Positions 25,894 to 38,899 of a DNA stretch of 64,000 bases are shown in pieces; the first letter of the stretch is position 1, and each line of letters starts with the position of its first letter. The DNA comes from Squalus acanthias (lineage: Eukaryota), in contig CM059432.1 in the NCBI GenBank assembly GCA_030390025.1, positions 32,800,001 through 32,864,000 on the forward strand. Direction: 5' to 3'. The notes under the pieces are model-generated. The model was not told the DNA's origin, ran no database searches, and saw only the letters and a list, made by a program, of their open reading frames with translations. The translations under genes and the position numbers were made by a program.

Positions 25894-27734
25894 ATGGAGA
25901 CACAAAGACAGAGGGCAGCGCCAAGATTCCCAGATGCCTCCCTGGAAGTGCTGGTCCAGGGAGTAAGAGCACGCAGGGAGGTTCAGAAAAAGACCAGCCA
26001 GAGACACTAAGAGGGCATGGCTAGAGATCGCAGAGCAGGTCAGCAGCAGGGATGTGGTGAGGAGAACGTGGATCCAGTCCCGCAAAAGATTCAATGATCT
26101 CATGAGGTCAGGAAAGGTGATTGCAATGCCATAGTCACCTGCATCCTGATGTGCCTGTCACCCCAACCCCATCACTCTGCCTTCCCAAGCCTACTCCTGC
26201 ACTTCACTCCTTACAGGTGCACCCGTCCCTCTCTGTCTATGCACCTACTCACATCCCCATCTGACTAACCACCACTGACAGTCATTCTCATCCTAATGCA
26301 ATCATAGCAAGTAACACCACAGTAGGAGGCCATCTGGCAACGTCACACCACTCCTTCATAGTCACCCTCTACAGATGTAGCCCATCCATTCCTTACACTC
26401 CTTCCATCACTCTCACTTTAAGTTCTCTTCTTTCCCTCCTTGCAGGAGAAGCGAGCCCACAACAACAGGGAGAGGCAGAGATTTGGAGGTCGCCCTCCAA
26501 TATTCACAAATTTGACTCCAGCAGAGGAGGAGGCCCAAGAAATCTCTGGAGTTACAGAGCTGCTGCCAGTGGGAGACAGAGAGGGGGGACCTCCCAGCAA
26601 CCTGGTGACAGAATTACATCTCATACAGCCACATGGCATAAAGCAGTCACTCATGGTGACTGATGTCAGTAGCCAGTGAAATGTCATCATGTGCATAATG
26701 GTAACTTTACCCATTCTTATCATTACACTTCTAATTTATCTCTTTACTCTCCCACAGGTCCATCAAGTGCCCTCTCTCGCCCCCCCCCACCCTCCTCCAC
26801 TGTCCAGCCGGAGGAGGAAGACGACTCCTCAGAGGAAGCTCCAGTGTCCGAGGGTGCACCATCAGCAGATCCATGCGCACCCAGCACCAGTGCAGATACG
26901 CACACCTCGGTGGGTCCTGTGAGAGATAGAGTAGTGTTGTCCCCTGGTGTCTCAAACATCACAAGTGAGCAACAGCAGATGGCGATGGCAGGGACAGCAG
27001 TGGAGACTTCTCACCGGAGGGCGCAGGATGCTCCAAGCTCTGCTGAGCTGCATGCAGATGCTGAATCTCATGGGCCATCGAGAAAGAGGGTGATCTTGGA
27101 CGGGCAGCAACAACTGCACAAGGCTCTGGCAGCTTTTGCAGCCACGATGTGTGCAACTGTACAGAGAATGGAGGAGCCCATCTCCAATATGAGCATCACC
27201 AACTCGCAGGCGATGGCGACAATGTGTTGTTCATGGAAATGATGGCCGCCTGCATGGAGCAGCAAATGCGCCAGTCCAACGAGAACATGCTTGCTGTGAA
27301 CAACAGATTGCAGACATTCATTCACCTCATCTCGAGGAGGGATACTAACATAGACTTGGATGTTCATCGCCCCACTGATGTGCAGCAAGATGCTCTCCAG
27401 CTCCTTGCTAGCAGGGATGCGCGGATGGCACATAAGAGGGATGATGGTGAGAGGGGACATGGAAGCGGGGGCTCTTCTCAAAGTGCCCATTTCTCCCCCG
27501 TTACCACCTCCTCAGAGCCCCACATGTTGCCTCGGATCCCGATGGCCGATTCTGCCCCTGCAGGAGGAGCAGTCTTTGGCGGGGCCCTCACAGGCTCCAA
27601 AACCCAGAGGACATCTGCCAAAAGTGTCCAAGCAGTCACAGCAGGGAAGTGAGAAGCCTGCATCTATCTCTGCTGAAGCCACAGGGGTTACACCTTGTAG
27701 AAGCATGCGTAAACGAAAGAAGACACAATCCTAG
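25894..27734 (+). pseudogene. Harbinger Myb/SANT DNA-binding protein gene, 3 exons (25894-26116, 26446-26604, 26758-27734), frameshifted
   Basis: METQRQRAAPRFPDASLEVLVQGVRARRE.../TKRAWLEIAEQV...RRTWIQSRKRFNDL. AAG|gtgatt donor. ttgcag|EKRAHNNRERQRFGG. cccacag|GPSSA... acidic/Pro-rich exon ending RKRKKTQS*. Indels in all three exons. Confidence 0.8.
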
Positions 27735-28010
27735 ACACAAGGGTATATGAAAAATGTTAATGTTAAGTTTCAGCTATATTTATGACGCACATAAATTTAT
27801 TTTTTTGCACAACTTTCCCGTCTTGTCCATTTTTGCCTGCTACCTGGGAAATGGCTTTGTCACTGAGTGAATGGTGAGACATTACTTAACCTCGAGCAAT
27901 GGGAGTTTGGATGACAAGAATGGCTTTGTCATTGTAGGACTGCTTTGTGGTGTTGTTGGTGGGGGAAGTTAGTACAGCATCTGGCAGCCATATGGGTGCA
28001 CTGGTGCAAG

Positions 28011-29174
28011 TTAAGTAAATCTGGCCATTATGAGGACATCCTGGGCCTCCCGGCAGCAACGTGCGCCGCTGCTGGTGCCATCTCCACCTCAGGTTCCTCT
28101 TCCTCTGAAGAGGCTGTGCGCTCTGCATCTTGCTTCTCCTGCAGCTCCAATCCTCACTGCTGCACTATGTTGTGCAGCACACGCAGCATATAACGATGAT
28201 TCTGGAGACCCTGGCTGATGCCTACTTAAGAGCTCCTCCGGATCTGTCAAGGCATCTGAAGCGCATCTTCATCATGCTGATTGCTTGCTCTATGACACAT
28301 CAGGTGGACATGTGGCTGTCATTATAATGCTCCTCGGCCTCATTGCTTGGCCTCCTCAAGGGTGTCATCAGCCACGTCTTCAGTGGATACCCCTAGTCTC
28401 CAAGCAGCCAGCCGGTAAGTCTGGTTGGAGGTGCAAAGAGCTGAGGGAGGATGGACTGGCGCAGGATGAAATAGTCATGACAGCTGCCAAGGAATCTGGC
28501 GCACACATGCATGATGATCTTTTTATGGTTGCAGACGAGCTGCACATTGAGGGAGTGGAAGTCCTTGCGGTTCACAAATTTTCCTGTGTGATGTGGGGGG
28601 TGCCTTGATGGACACGTGTGCAGTCAATGACACCCTGCACCTGTGAGAAGCCAGCCAAAGCCGCGCGCCAGCTCAGTAACACTGGCTTCGTCAGTGGCAA
28701 AGTTTACATAATTGGCTGACTTGTCAAACGTGGCATTGGTCACCTGGGTGATGCATCTGTGGGCAGCTGACTTAGAGATCCTGTAAATGTCTGCTGCAGA
28801 TCCCTGGACGGAGCCTGAGGCAAAGAACTTGAAGGCGGTGGTGACTTTGACAGCCATTGGTAAGGCGTTTCCACCAGGTCCTCCAGGCAGCGGATCTTGT
28901 TCCAGCAAGCTGCAAATGTCTGCGACAAACTGGTGCAATAGCCTAAGCTCCTGAAGCACTGCTGTTCAGTCATGTACAGGAAGCTTATCCTCTGCCTGTA
29001 CACCGTGTTGGGGGTGTTGCCTCCGGCACGGTGCACCCCTCTCTCCTGTGGAGCATCAGGTTGTTGAGGAGAAGGCTGCTGTTGTAGTTGCTGCTGCTAT
29101 GGGTGTTGTTGGTGCTGGGGCTCATCTTGGTCCGATTCTGAGATCCAAGGTGAGACAGCAGAAGTGGCACCCTT
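28011..29174 (-). pseudogene. HARBI1-like DDE transposase of the Harbinger element, disrupted
   Basis: [70 protein letters not shown]-terminal DVLIMARFT*. Start codon appears mutated (AAG at 29172-29174, ATG in the 10899-12577 copy). Stops and frameshifts present. Confidence 0.9.
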
Positions 29175-31739
29175 GCTGATCCAATAGATGGCAAGTAAAG
29201 TGGAGATCAGAGGCACAATCCTTCAATGTTCTGATAGTGACCAACAATGTGGTGAGAGTGGCTTCCGAAGTTGCAGAAATGACCTGCAAACGCCTGACAG
29301 CTAAATCTCTGCACAAAATGGAGTCAGCAAGAGCCTTTCAATTAGGCAAGGAAGCAGGTTTAATGTGCGAGTATTTGTGTTTTTTCCAGCTGTCACTTAT
29401 AGGAGTTGCACAATGGTCACTGAGCTTCTGCTGCCCCTTCACAGGCGAGGTTCTCGAGGTGCGTGAATCCCGTGCACAACAAGTTAAAGCCAAAACCCGA
29501 TATTAAAAATGCAGTTAAAGGTCTCTCAACGAGCAGTTAAGTACCTCAATGAGGTCGCCCGCATCTCCCGAGCAGGTCCATGGCGCACCTCGAAACGCGC
29601 CCGAGTTAATTCCGGATGACGGCGGGTTCCTGACACGGTCAATTTCCGCTCTTTTAACTGCCGACCCGCCCCCCAAACCCGCACGCTCGGCAATGGGAAA
29701 ATTCCGGCCCAAGAGTCAGGGTCTTAAAAGGATCTTTTTCTCAGTAGTCAAACAACCAAATTTTTAAAAAGTTTTTAACACTTTGTGTGGGTGGAATGTG
29801 GAAATGGCTTAAACCAAGGCTCTCTGACCTGACTCTGGTTTTGATATCTCACAGCAACTGGAAAATGCTATTTTGTGTGCGTATAAACAAATTAATATAC
29901 AAAATACTTCTGGCCTTCAAAAGAGCCAATTAGTTTGTCTCTGGATCTAAGGCCCAAGGGCTCTGACCCAGATAAGTTTTTTCTGCCAGTACAGGAGGCA
30001 AAAAAATGGGCAGGGGACCATTAACGCTGTGACCCATTTTCACTCCCTTCCAGTTCTCCTGCCAGACACTGAAGCACCCACCCAAATATGAGTAAATGCT
30101 ACTCATGGCAGTATTTAACAGGGATGGACAATAAATGAGGCCTTGCCAATTTCGCCTATATCCGAGAACAAATTCTTTTAAAAGTGTCTAGCCTTGCTAA
30201 GGCAGGGAGAACAGAGAGATTTTTTCTTAAAGTGCCAAGGCAGGACACAATTGATTGGAAGTTATACTTCAGTAGACTTTGCCAAATTTATTGGAACCTG
30301 AATTTGTTTTTGGAACCTCCCAGACTGCCTGCTCTTTTAAGTTGCTGCATGCATCAGTTTTGTGCAGCAGTGGCCATTTCGCACAGTCCCAAAACGCAAG
30401 TTGAAATCCCACAGGAAGCCTGCTGAAAAATATTTACGCAAGGACTTCAGCGACAGATCAGTCAGGCGAATGCAAAGCCTGACCCGCCACACTTACATCG
30501 CAGTTACGGCCAAGAAGGAAAATCTAGGTGACGTCCTTCAGGCAGCCATTACTGTGTTCTAACGAAAAGCTTGGACGCCATCTCAAGTTGGCACCACATT
30601 AAAAGTTACGTTAAATAAAATATGTAAGTATCTCAGAGGATGAAATCTCTACTTTCATCACAAGTGCATCTTTAAATGATAATAGTTTTGAAACAAGCTG
30701 CAGTGAGTATGTTGTGTTTAGTCAATTTTAAACTGTGAAAAGTCGTCATGCTCAAACAGCTCTTACACCAAGGGATAATGCAATCTTCAGGTTTCTTGAC
30801 AAAAAGATCACTGTATTAAAAACCTCCCATAGGACGATTTCCCTGCTGGAAAAAAAACAAGTGCCTGGAGTCCCATGAGGTCAATGAGTTCGCTAAAACA
30901 ACTTCAATGTAAACAAATCGCTTAAACTTTCATTTGAATTCTTCCTTTTATTTTTAGTACTGTACTATAGCAACAACTTCTAAATAGCTGTAGTATTTTG
31001 CATCTGTTTATTTCCACAAGGACCCTCACTCACACCTTTTTTTAAAAAAAAGCCAGCACCTCTCACCTAATTACATAACTATGAATTACCCTCATTGCAC
31101 TTACCTGCAAATATTGTGAAATGTGTACTAGTGGGTATCCTGAGAATGCGTAAACGTCTGATTAAAAATTAAAATGACATAAAATGTAAAAAGAACAAAT
31201 ACCTGTGTCCTCCAGAAAGATCAGATGCTGGAGCACAGTATTAGGCTGTTTTTATACAATTGACAGGGTCAATGTATAACCATCGTTGTTCCCTAGTGGT
31301 CTGCTGGAAAACAACTTTCCTATACCATAGTAGTTGGCACATGATGCTGTTGTTCTGCAAGTCAAACAGCAGCAAGTATGGTGTTATGTTCATGTACTAT
31401 TCTATTCCTTTGTAGCATGAAGTGAAATAAAACCTGATAGCACTGTTTAAATCATGTGACTGTGTTTGCAAGAGTCTGCTCTCTGTCATCCACCTGTTTC
31501 TAGACAGAAACCCATCTGTGGGATGAGATGAGAGGATATTGATAAAGAGCTTACCTCAACCCCAATTTTCCCTCATGCCATCTCTGTACAAATTTAGTAA
31601 TTATTTTTGTTAACCATTTTCAAGGGATGTCATAGCAAACAACAGGTAACTGTGATCAAAGCTGACCGATACAGGTATCTTATATCTTCTAAACACTCCA
31701 GCCCACACATTATTCACCATATAACCAATGTACCATACT

Positions 31740-32369
31740 ATTCCTTGCCCCGATAGGCAGGAAAGGGTCGGGAGGTGTTACATTCTTAAAAGTCGCGATC
31801 CCGCCTCCAACCTGCCATGTTTCCAGTCATCGTAATATTAACAGTGGTGAATCAGGCCATCAAAATGGCTCCCATTAAAGTCAGGTGGGGACCTACTTAA
31901 CACGCAAAGGTAACGCCCTGATGATGTTATCGCCACCGTAATATTAACTGGAAGGCATGGTGAATCCTGCAATATATGCAGCCCGGCAGTAGAATCATGG
32001 CAGGAGGTACCGACTGGCCAGATGAGGCCAATGTAAGTCTTCAAAATTACTTCTCTCAGAACTCTTTGTGGGCCAGGAGGAACAGGAGTGCTCCCCCCCA
32101 GGCCTCACAAGGTATCTTTGGGCCTTTCTAGCCCCAGCATCCCTCCGATTGCGCAGGAATCCCCCCACCCCACTCGCCCTGGAACTCCTCCTCACACTGA
32201 TTGCTAGGGACCATTCCCACGGATCCTCAGCTGTGACCACATGCCGCCAAATTCCCATCTGCCGTTACTATCGGCAGGGTCTCCATTTCCCCGAACGCTT
32301 CTGGGGCACCACATACGCCAGGGCTCGTGCGCCCCGCACCCACTCCACCCCCCCATAAAAATCAAGGCC
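31740..32369. mobile_element. Degraded Harbinger-type MITE remnant
   Basis: GC-rich block ending AAAAATCAAGGCC, similar to the other Harbinger termini. Left TIR not identified. Confidence 0.4.
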
Positions 32370-32679
32370 TCACTGTCTGGGAAAACTGCAGGTACTACCA
32401 CTCTACAACTTTGCAGCTACAACAACATGATGAAATATCAGGTGATGATAAGGGAAAGAGGTTATTTGAAAAACTCTACAAAATTATTACACTGTCATCG
32501 GAACAGATGTAGGCCATTCAGCCCCTCGAGCTTGCTCCGTCATTCAATTAGATTATGGCTGATCTTTAACAGGCGTCTACTAGATCTGTGCAAAAGAACA
32601 GTTTAAGTAGAGCAAAGTTAGCAGTCTTCAATGCTGAAGCTCATGAAATTCTCCAGCTAAGCTTAGTCAACATATGGTT

Positions 32680-33100
32680 ATGCAAATCAAGTGATAAACT
32701 TGTCATTGACTCACTGGTGCACTTTCTACCTATCTATACCTTTTGAAGACGTTTCCCTTCAGTCTTCTTTTCTGCTGCAAAAATAAGTTCCGTCACTTTA
32801 GACTATCTTCACAACTTAGTTTCCTAAAGCTTGGAATCATCCTGGTCACACTTCCATGAACTGTTTCAAATACATTAATATCCCTTTTGAGGGTAACCAA
32901 AACTACGCTGCCAGTTAAAGGAGCAATGCAATAATTTTGTAAAGTTGGCCTCACCATTGATTTGTACAATGTCAATTTACCTTGTTTTGATCATTTGTAT
33001 CTATCCTCTGTATGGATCAGTACTGCAGCATGCAACATATTCAATCATCAATGGTATTAACTTCCACAATACATCGCAAATCACACTTTAAACTTTTCCT
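32680..33100 (-). mobile_element. Very old CR1 fragment
   Basis: LYKSMVRPTLQ...KRDINVFETV...TRMIP. Confidence 0.55.
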
Positions 33101-33366
33101 GCTTATTGGTTTATATTTCTGACTGATGCAGTTAAAGCCCCTTTTCTTACCAAATTGAAGGGTTACAAAGGATGTTGGGAAAAAATTATTTCTTTAAACT
33201 GTCCTACAGAAAACCATTGCATTGCAAGCGAGGAAGGTTTAATGCTCTCTCAACTGTACAGCTGCACTGCTTCTTTGCATAAAAGAAAAACAAATTGAAG
33301 ATTACAAAGCATACCAAAAAACGACTGTTTGCCAATTCCACATTAGCAAATTCCAAATCTTTGATA

Positions 33367-33696
33367 CAGGAAACTTTTGTTTATCCGGCACCCAAATATC
33401 CGGAATTCTCGCTTAACCGGCAAAAATCATCCTCCGAAAACTCCTCTCAAATAACCGGCAATGTTGCCGATCCAGAGTCCGAGTCCGAGAACGCCGATTT
33501 AGTCAGTAGGGGTAGTTTTCAAAAGTGCCACTACTCAGCCTCCTGGCGCTGTCGGAAGTATACTGCACATTTCTTGATTTATTTATTTTTCTTTGTTAAA
33601 AATAGCCTCGGTAGATATAACTCTCCGTTATCCGGTACTTTCGATAAACCGGCACCACGCCGGTCCCGTCGATGCCGGTTAATAAAGAGTTTCCTG
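33367..33696. mobile_element. Tc1/mariner (Tigger/pogo-like) MITE, 330 bp
   Basis: TA TSD on both sides. 24-bp TIRs CAGGAAACTTTTGTTTATCCGGCA vs CAGGAAACTCTTTATTAACCGGCA (20/24). Internal reiterated (T/A)A(T/A)CCGG motifs. Confidence 0.85.
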
Positions 33697-33839
33697 TATA
33701 TTGTCGTGCACAAGAGGAACCAAGAGACTAAATACTTTCACAGAAATAAGCTGGAGACACATCATGTGTCATTTTGAAAGACAGCCATAAGTAGTGACTT
33801 TTGAAACCATTGTCCCAATCCTAGAATATCCTTAAATTA

Positions 33840-34275
33840 AAGAAAGATTTGAATTTATATAGCATCTTTTGCGGCCTCAAGATGTCCCAAAGCACGTCAC
33901 AGCCAATGAAGTACTTTTGAAGTGTAGTCACTGTTGTAATATAGAAAACACGGCAGCCAATATGTGCACAGCAAGGTTCCGCAAACAGCAATGTGAAAAT
34001 GACCAGATAATCTGTTTTAATGATGTTGATTGAGGGATAAATATTGGCCAAGACACCGGGGAGAACTCCCCTGCACTTCTTCAAAATAATGCCAAGGGAT
34101 CTTTTACATCAATCTGAGGGGGCCTTGGTTTAATATCTCATCCAAAAGACGGCACTTCCAACAGTGCCGCACTTCCCTGGAGTGTCAGCCTAGATTTTGT
34201 GCGCAAGTCTCTGGAGTGGGACTTGAACCCACAACCTGCTGATTCAGAGTGCTACCACTGAGCCACGGCTGGCAC
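33840..34275 (-). mobile_element. Near full-length Deu-domain SINE (SacSINE1-type) with tRNA head
   Basis: Minus strand shows an A box TGGCTCAGTGGTAG, a B box GGGTTCAAGTC, the Deu-type core ...ggccaatatttatccctcaa...cagattatctggtcatt..., and a tctttc tail. Confidence 0.85.
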
Positions 34276-35182
34276 CTGTGCACAGACTTCAGCAGCCATC
34301 TAATATTTTTACTTTAGGATTCATTTTTTTCTTACATATGAGAAATAGGGATATAAACAAACAAGGTGCTGCATTTAGATTATTTAAAAAAGGAAAAAGT
34401 GGCAGGTGTTAACACTAATAAATCAAATGCAGTTGGGGACAGGTTGACGGGTTATTTATACGAATTCAATGAATTAATTAACAATCACTGTACCCCAATG
34501 TAGCAAAATTTTCTATCGGTTTACAAAAGCATCACTTGAAAGATGCTATATAAATGTAGTTGTTGCTGAAGGATAGCTGACCCATTAGCCTTTGGGGGAA
34601 GGTAAAAGAAAGAAACTCAAATTTGCAACTATTTCAGATGAAACACAGGAGCTACCAAATCGTGACGTCTGGGTCATCAAGAAAAAGTAACTAAGTCAGG
34701 ACTCAGTATTGCTCACATTTCAAAACACTTTCACTGATAATACGGTCATTAAAACACAGGTATGCACTTCTGTCTTCAATCTCAGTAGTGTGCTGGGTGT
34801 ATTAGCCTCACATCAATTCCTCACGTAGCAAATTCCTCATCTCAGCCAAGCCACCCCGACGTCTTATTTTTTAGGAGAGGAGCAGGGAGAAAATAAACCC
34901 TTGATAAATAAAATATGTTTCAAACCATTTAGAAATGGCATGCATTGCAAATTTCTGGGCGAGAAGTTTATTCCTATGGTAAAAACAAGCTGTATTTTTA
35001 CTAGACATATTTAGTGTATTGGTATCAACACACTTTAGGAAAAACTGCACTGAAGCCAATAACACTTCAATATTGTGCCAATGGACTTCTTGTGTTTTTC
35101 CCTTAACATATTACCTCAATGTTTCATCCTAGTGCTTTACAGCTCAAAATGCTCTTCCAAGATACTATGCAAGTTCGAAAGA

Positions 35183-36420
35183 AGTACCTCCTCGTCCTTC
35201 TTGACTTGTCTGCAGCCTTTGACACGGTTGACTACTCCATCCTTCTCCAACGCCTCTCCACCGTCGTCCAGCTGGGTGGTACTGCACTCGCCTGGTTCCA
35301 TTCTTATCTATCTAATCGTAATCAGAGAATCACCTGCAACGGCTTCTCTTCCTGCTCCCGTATCGTTACCTCTGGATCCCCTAAGGATCTATCCTTGGCC
35401 CCCTCCTATTTCTCATCTACATGTTGCCCCTTGGCGACATCATCCAAAAACACAGCGTCAGTTTCCACATGTACGCTGACGACACCCAGCTCTACCTCAC
35501 TACCTCCTCTCGACCCCTCCACGGTGTCTAAATTGTCTGACTGCTTGTCCGACATACAGTTCTGGATAAGCAAAAATGCTCTTCAATTAAATATTGGGAA
35601 GACCGAAGCCATTGTTTTCGGTTCCCGCCACAAGCTCCATTCCCTAGCCACTGACTCCATTCCTCTCCCTAACATCTGTTTGAGGCTGAACCACACTGTT
35701 CGCAACCTTGGTGTCATATTTGACCCTGAAATGAGCCTCCGACCACATATCCGCAGCATAACAAAGACCGCCTACTTCCACCTCCGTAACATCACCTGTC
35801 TCCGCCCTTCCCTCTGCTCATCCGCTGCTGAAACCCTCATCCATGCCTTTGTTACCTCTAGACTTGAATTTCAACGCACTCCTGGCTGACCTCCCACATT
35901 CCACCCTATGTAAACTTGAGATCATCCAAAACTCGGCTGCCTGTGTCCTAACTCGGACCAAGTCCCATTCGCCCATCACCCCTGTGCTCGCTGACCTACA
36001 TTGGCTCCCGGTTAAGTAGCGCCTCGATTTCAAAATTCTCATCCTTGTTTTCAAATCAATCTATAGCCTCGCCCCTTCCCATCTCTAATCTCCTTCAGCC
36101 CCATAACCACCAACCCCCCCCCCACCCAAGATATCTGCGCTCCTCTAATTCTGCCGCTTGAGCATCCCTGATTATAATCGCTCAACCTTTGGTGGCCATG
36201 CCTTCTGTTGCCTGGGCCCTAAGCTCTGGAAGTCCCTGCCTAAACCTGTCCGAGTCGCTAACTCTCTTTCCTCCTTTAAGACGCTCCTTAAAACCTACCT
36301 CTTCTGCCCTAATTTATCCTTATGTGGATCGGTGTCAATTTTTTTGTCTAAAATACTCCAGTGCAGCGCCTTGGGACGTTTTACTACGTTAAAGGCACTA
36401 TATAAATACAAGTTGCTGTT
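35183..36420 (+). mobile_element. L2-type LINE RT and 3' end
   Basis: LLVLLDLSAAFDTVDYSILL, LAWFHSYLSNR, YFHLRNI, LIHAFVTSRL. Tail tataaatacaagttgctgttg. Confidence 0.92.
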
Positions 36421-37116
36421 GTTTACTTCTGGATGTTTTTACATAGTTTAAGTGGTCATTGTACAGCAATTTCACATGTCTACCATTATGCTTCATTGCA
36501 ATCCGAGTGGAAAAAGTTTACTCGTTATAATACTGTTGAAATTTTAATCCCAATGTACAGCACAGCAAGTATTTCACACTTCTGTCATGCTCGTCTTTCT
36601 TTAGCCATTTCCTTCTCCTTAATTTTGTCAGTTAGTTGCCATAAAGTGAGTGTTTACATTTCAGCTCCCTCTGATCCTCAGTCACCAGGTTAGAAGCAGC
36701 CTTCATTGATAATTAATGTCAAGATACAGGCCTTACTAAATATCAGTCAAATTCACTTTGGAACAATTTATAAATATTGTTCACAACAAAATAATGTTAT
36801 CTAACACTATTTCTCAGTCTATCACTCCTCTGAACGAATACTTCAGTCACATAATTTACTTGATCTTATTAAAAATCTTTTCATGCAACCACACAACTTC
36901 CCGATTACTAAGAAACTCAAGTAATAAGATCAATTCTAAAACTTTGATACCTATAACCTAAGAGACAGGTTAATGCTTTATAATGGGCCCTTCATCAAAA
37001 TTGTTCTCTCAAAGGTACACCCAAAATAATAAACTGGTTTATCTCTATTCACATGCTGTTTGACCTGCTTTGTATTTCCTGTTTTTATTTTGGACTTCCA
37101 GTTCTTTTCATATTAT

Positions 37117-38058
37117 AAGAACATAAGAAATAGGAGCCGGAGTAGGACATTCGGCCTCTCGAGCCTGCTCCGCCATTCAATAAGATCATGGCTGATCTGC
37201 TACCTCAACTCCATTTTCCTGCACTATCCCCATATCCCTCGGTTCCCTTATTATCCAAAAATCTATCGATGTCTGTCTTGAATGAACGACTGAGCCTCCA
37301 CAGCCCTCTGGGATAGAGAAATCCAAAGGTTCACCACCCTCTGAGTGAAGAAATTTCTCCTCATCTCAGTCCCAAATGGCCAAACCCTTATTCTGAGACT
37401 GTGACCCCTGGTTCTAGACTCCCCAACCAGGGGAAACATCCTCCCTGCATCTACCCTGTAAGAATTTTGTATGCTTCAATGAGATCACCCTCATTCTTCT
37501 AAACTCTAGAGAAAATAGGTCTAATCTACTCAATCTCTCCTCATAGGACAATCCCCCCATCCCAGGAACCAGTCTGGTGAACCTTCGTTGCACTCCCTGT
37601 ATGGCAAGTATATCCTTCCTTAGGTAAGGAGACCCAAACTGTACACAATACTCCAGGTGTGGTCTCACCAGGGCCCTATATAATTGCAGTAAGATGTCTT
37701 TACTCTTATACTCAAATCCTCTTGTAATAAAGGCCAACATACCATTTGCTTTCCTAATTGCTTGCTGTACCTGTACGTTAACTTTCAGTGATTCGTGTAC
37801 AAGGACACCTCAGTCCCTCTAAACGCCAACATTTCCCAATCTCTCACCATTTAAAAAATACTCTGCTTTTCTATTTTTCCTACCAAAGTGGATAACTTCA
37901 CATTTCTCCACATTATATTCCATTTTCCATGTTCTTGCCAACTCACTTAGCCTGTCTATATCCGCTTGAAGCCTCTTTCCATCCTCCTCACAACTTACAT
38001 TCCCATCCAGCTTTGTATCATCAGCAAACTTGGATATATTTCATTTGGTCCCCTCATC
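37117..38058 (-). mobile_element. CR1 3' part
   Basis: [31 protein letters not shown]. (taagaaca) tail at the left end. Confidence 0.9.
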
Positions 38059-38129
38059 GAAGATGCAAGGGCATTTCAGTTTTGTTCCCCATTAATTTCC
38101 TTTAACATGATCAATGTTTTAAGAAAGCA

Positions 38130-38350
38130 AATAGAATATGCTGGAAGCACACAATAGGTCAGTCAGCATCAGTGGAGAAAATAGGAAAGTTAATATTTCA
38201 GGTACAGACTTCAGACAGTTTGAAGAAGAATCTGCACCCAGAATGTTAACTTATCTATTCTCGCCACAGATGCTGACTGACTTGCTGTGCGTTTCTAGCA
38301 TTTTCTGTTTTTCTTTCAAATTTCCAACATCTGAAGTATTTTTATTTTTC
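38130..38350. mobile_element. Head-to-head inverted pair of Penelope-type terminal repeat fragments
   Basis: Arms pair (gtcagtcagcatc 38158-38170 with gatgctgactgac 38269-38281). The right arm matches 60832-60935. Confidence 0.7.
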
Positions 38351-38899
38351 TATAGTTTTATGAGTGAGTTCTCTGACCATCAATTATGCATAGCAGTATT
38401 CTCGTACATGTCATGTCAATTTTCAAGCCTGTTTATCTGCCTTTTTCATTGCCAGCAGCATTTTTAGAAAGTCTCAATTTCCTGTATTTTGAGAATAATT
38501 TAAATGCTTAACCGGCTACATGCAGCTTTGCACATATTGTGCATTAAAGAATATTTTCAGCAGGTTAGCAGGTTATTGCTCGCCATTGAAGATGATATTG
38601 TATAAACATTCTCAAAGTCAAAATTTAAATCAAGAACTCTAACATGTAAAACAGGGATTTATCACTTCCATTAGAACATTATGTTAAGACCAAGGCATCC
38701 ATGGGCCACCAGCTCCCTTCTGTTCTCACTCACTATTTAGTAATATTCTCCAACACTATAAATTCAAAAAAAGCCTTGGAGAAACACACATACTCACACA
38801 CACAGATACACACAATCTTGTGCAAGAATGCTGATCAGTGAGTTTCAAAGTTCTAGCATATCTTGGGGACTCAGAAGCCAATTATAAAATTCTCTCGCT

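Larger units (their letters stand above)
25178..29709. mobile_element. Full-length PIF/Harbinger DNA transposon (4532 bp including an L2 insert), decayed
   Basis: TIRs GGCCGGAATCTTT / AAAATTCCGGCC. Perfect TSD CAA (25175-25177, 29710-29712). Convergent Myb/SANT and DDE transposase genes. Confidence 0.93.

Noticed and set aside
28011..29174. Domesticated HARBI1 or NAIF1 host genes
   Set aside because: The ORFs are disrupted and lie between TIRs with a TSD, so this is a transposon copy.
34215..34270. tRNA gene
   Set aside because: The A and B boxes belong to a SINE head and continue directly into the Deu-type SINE body.
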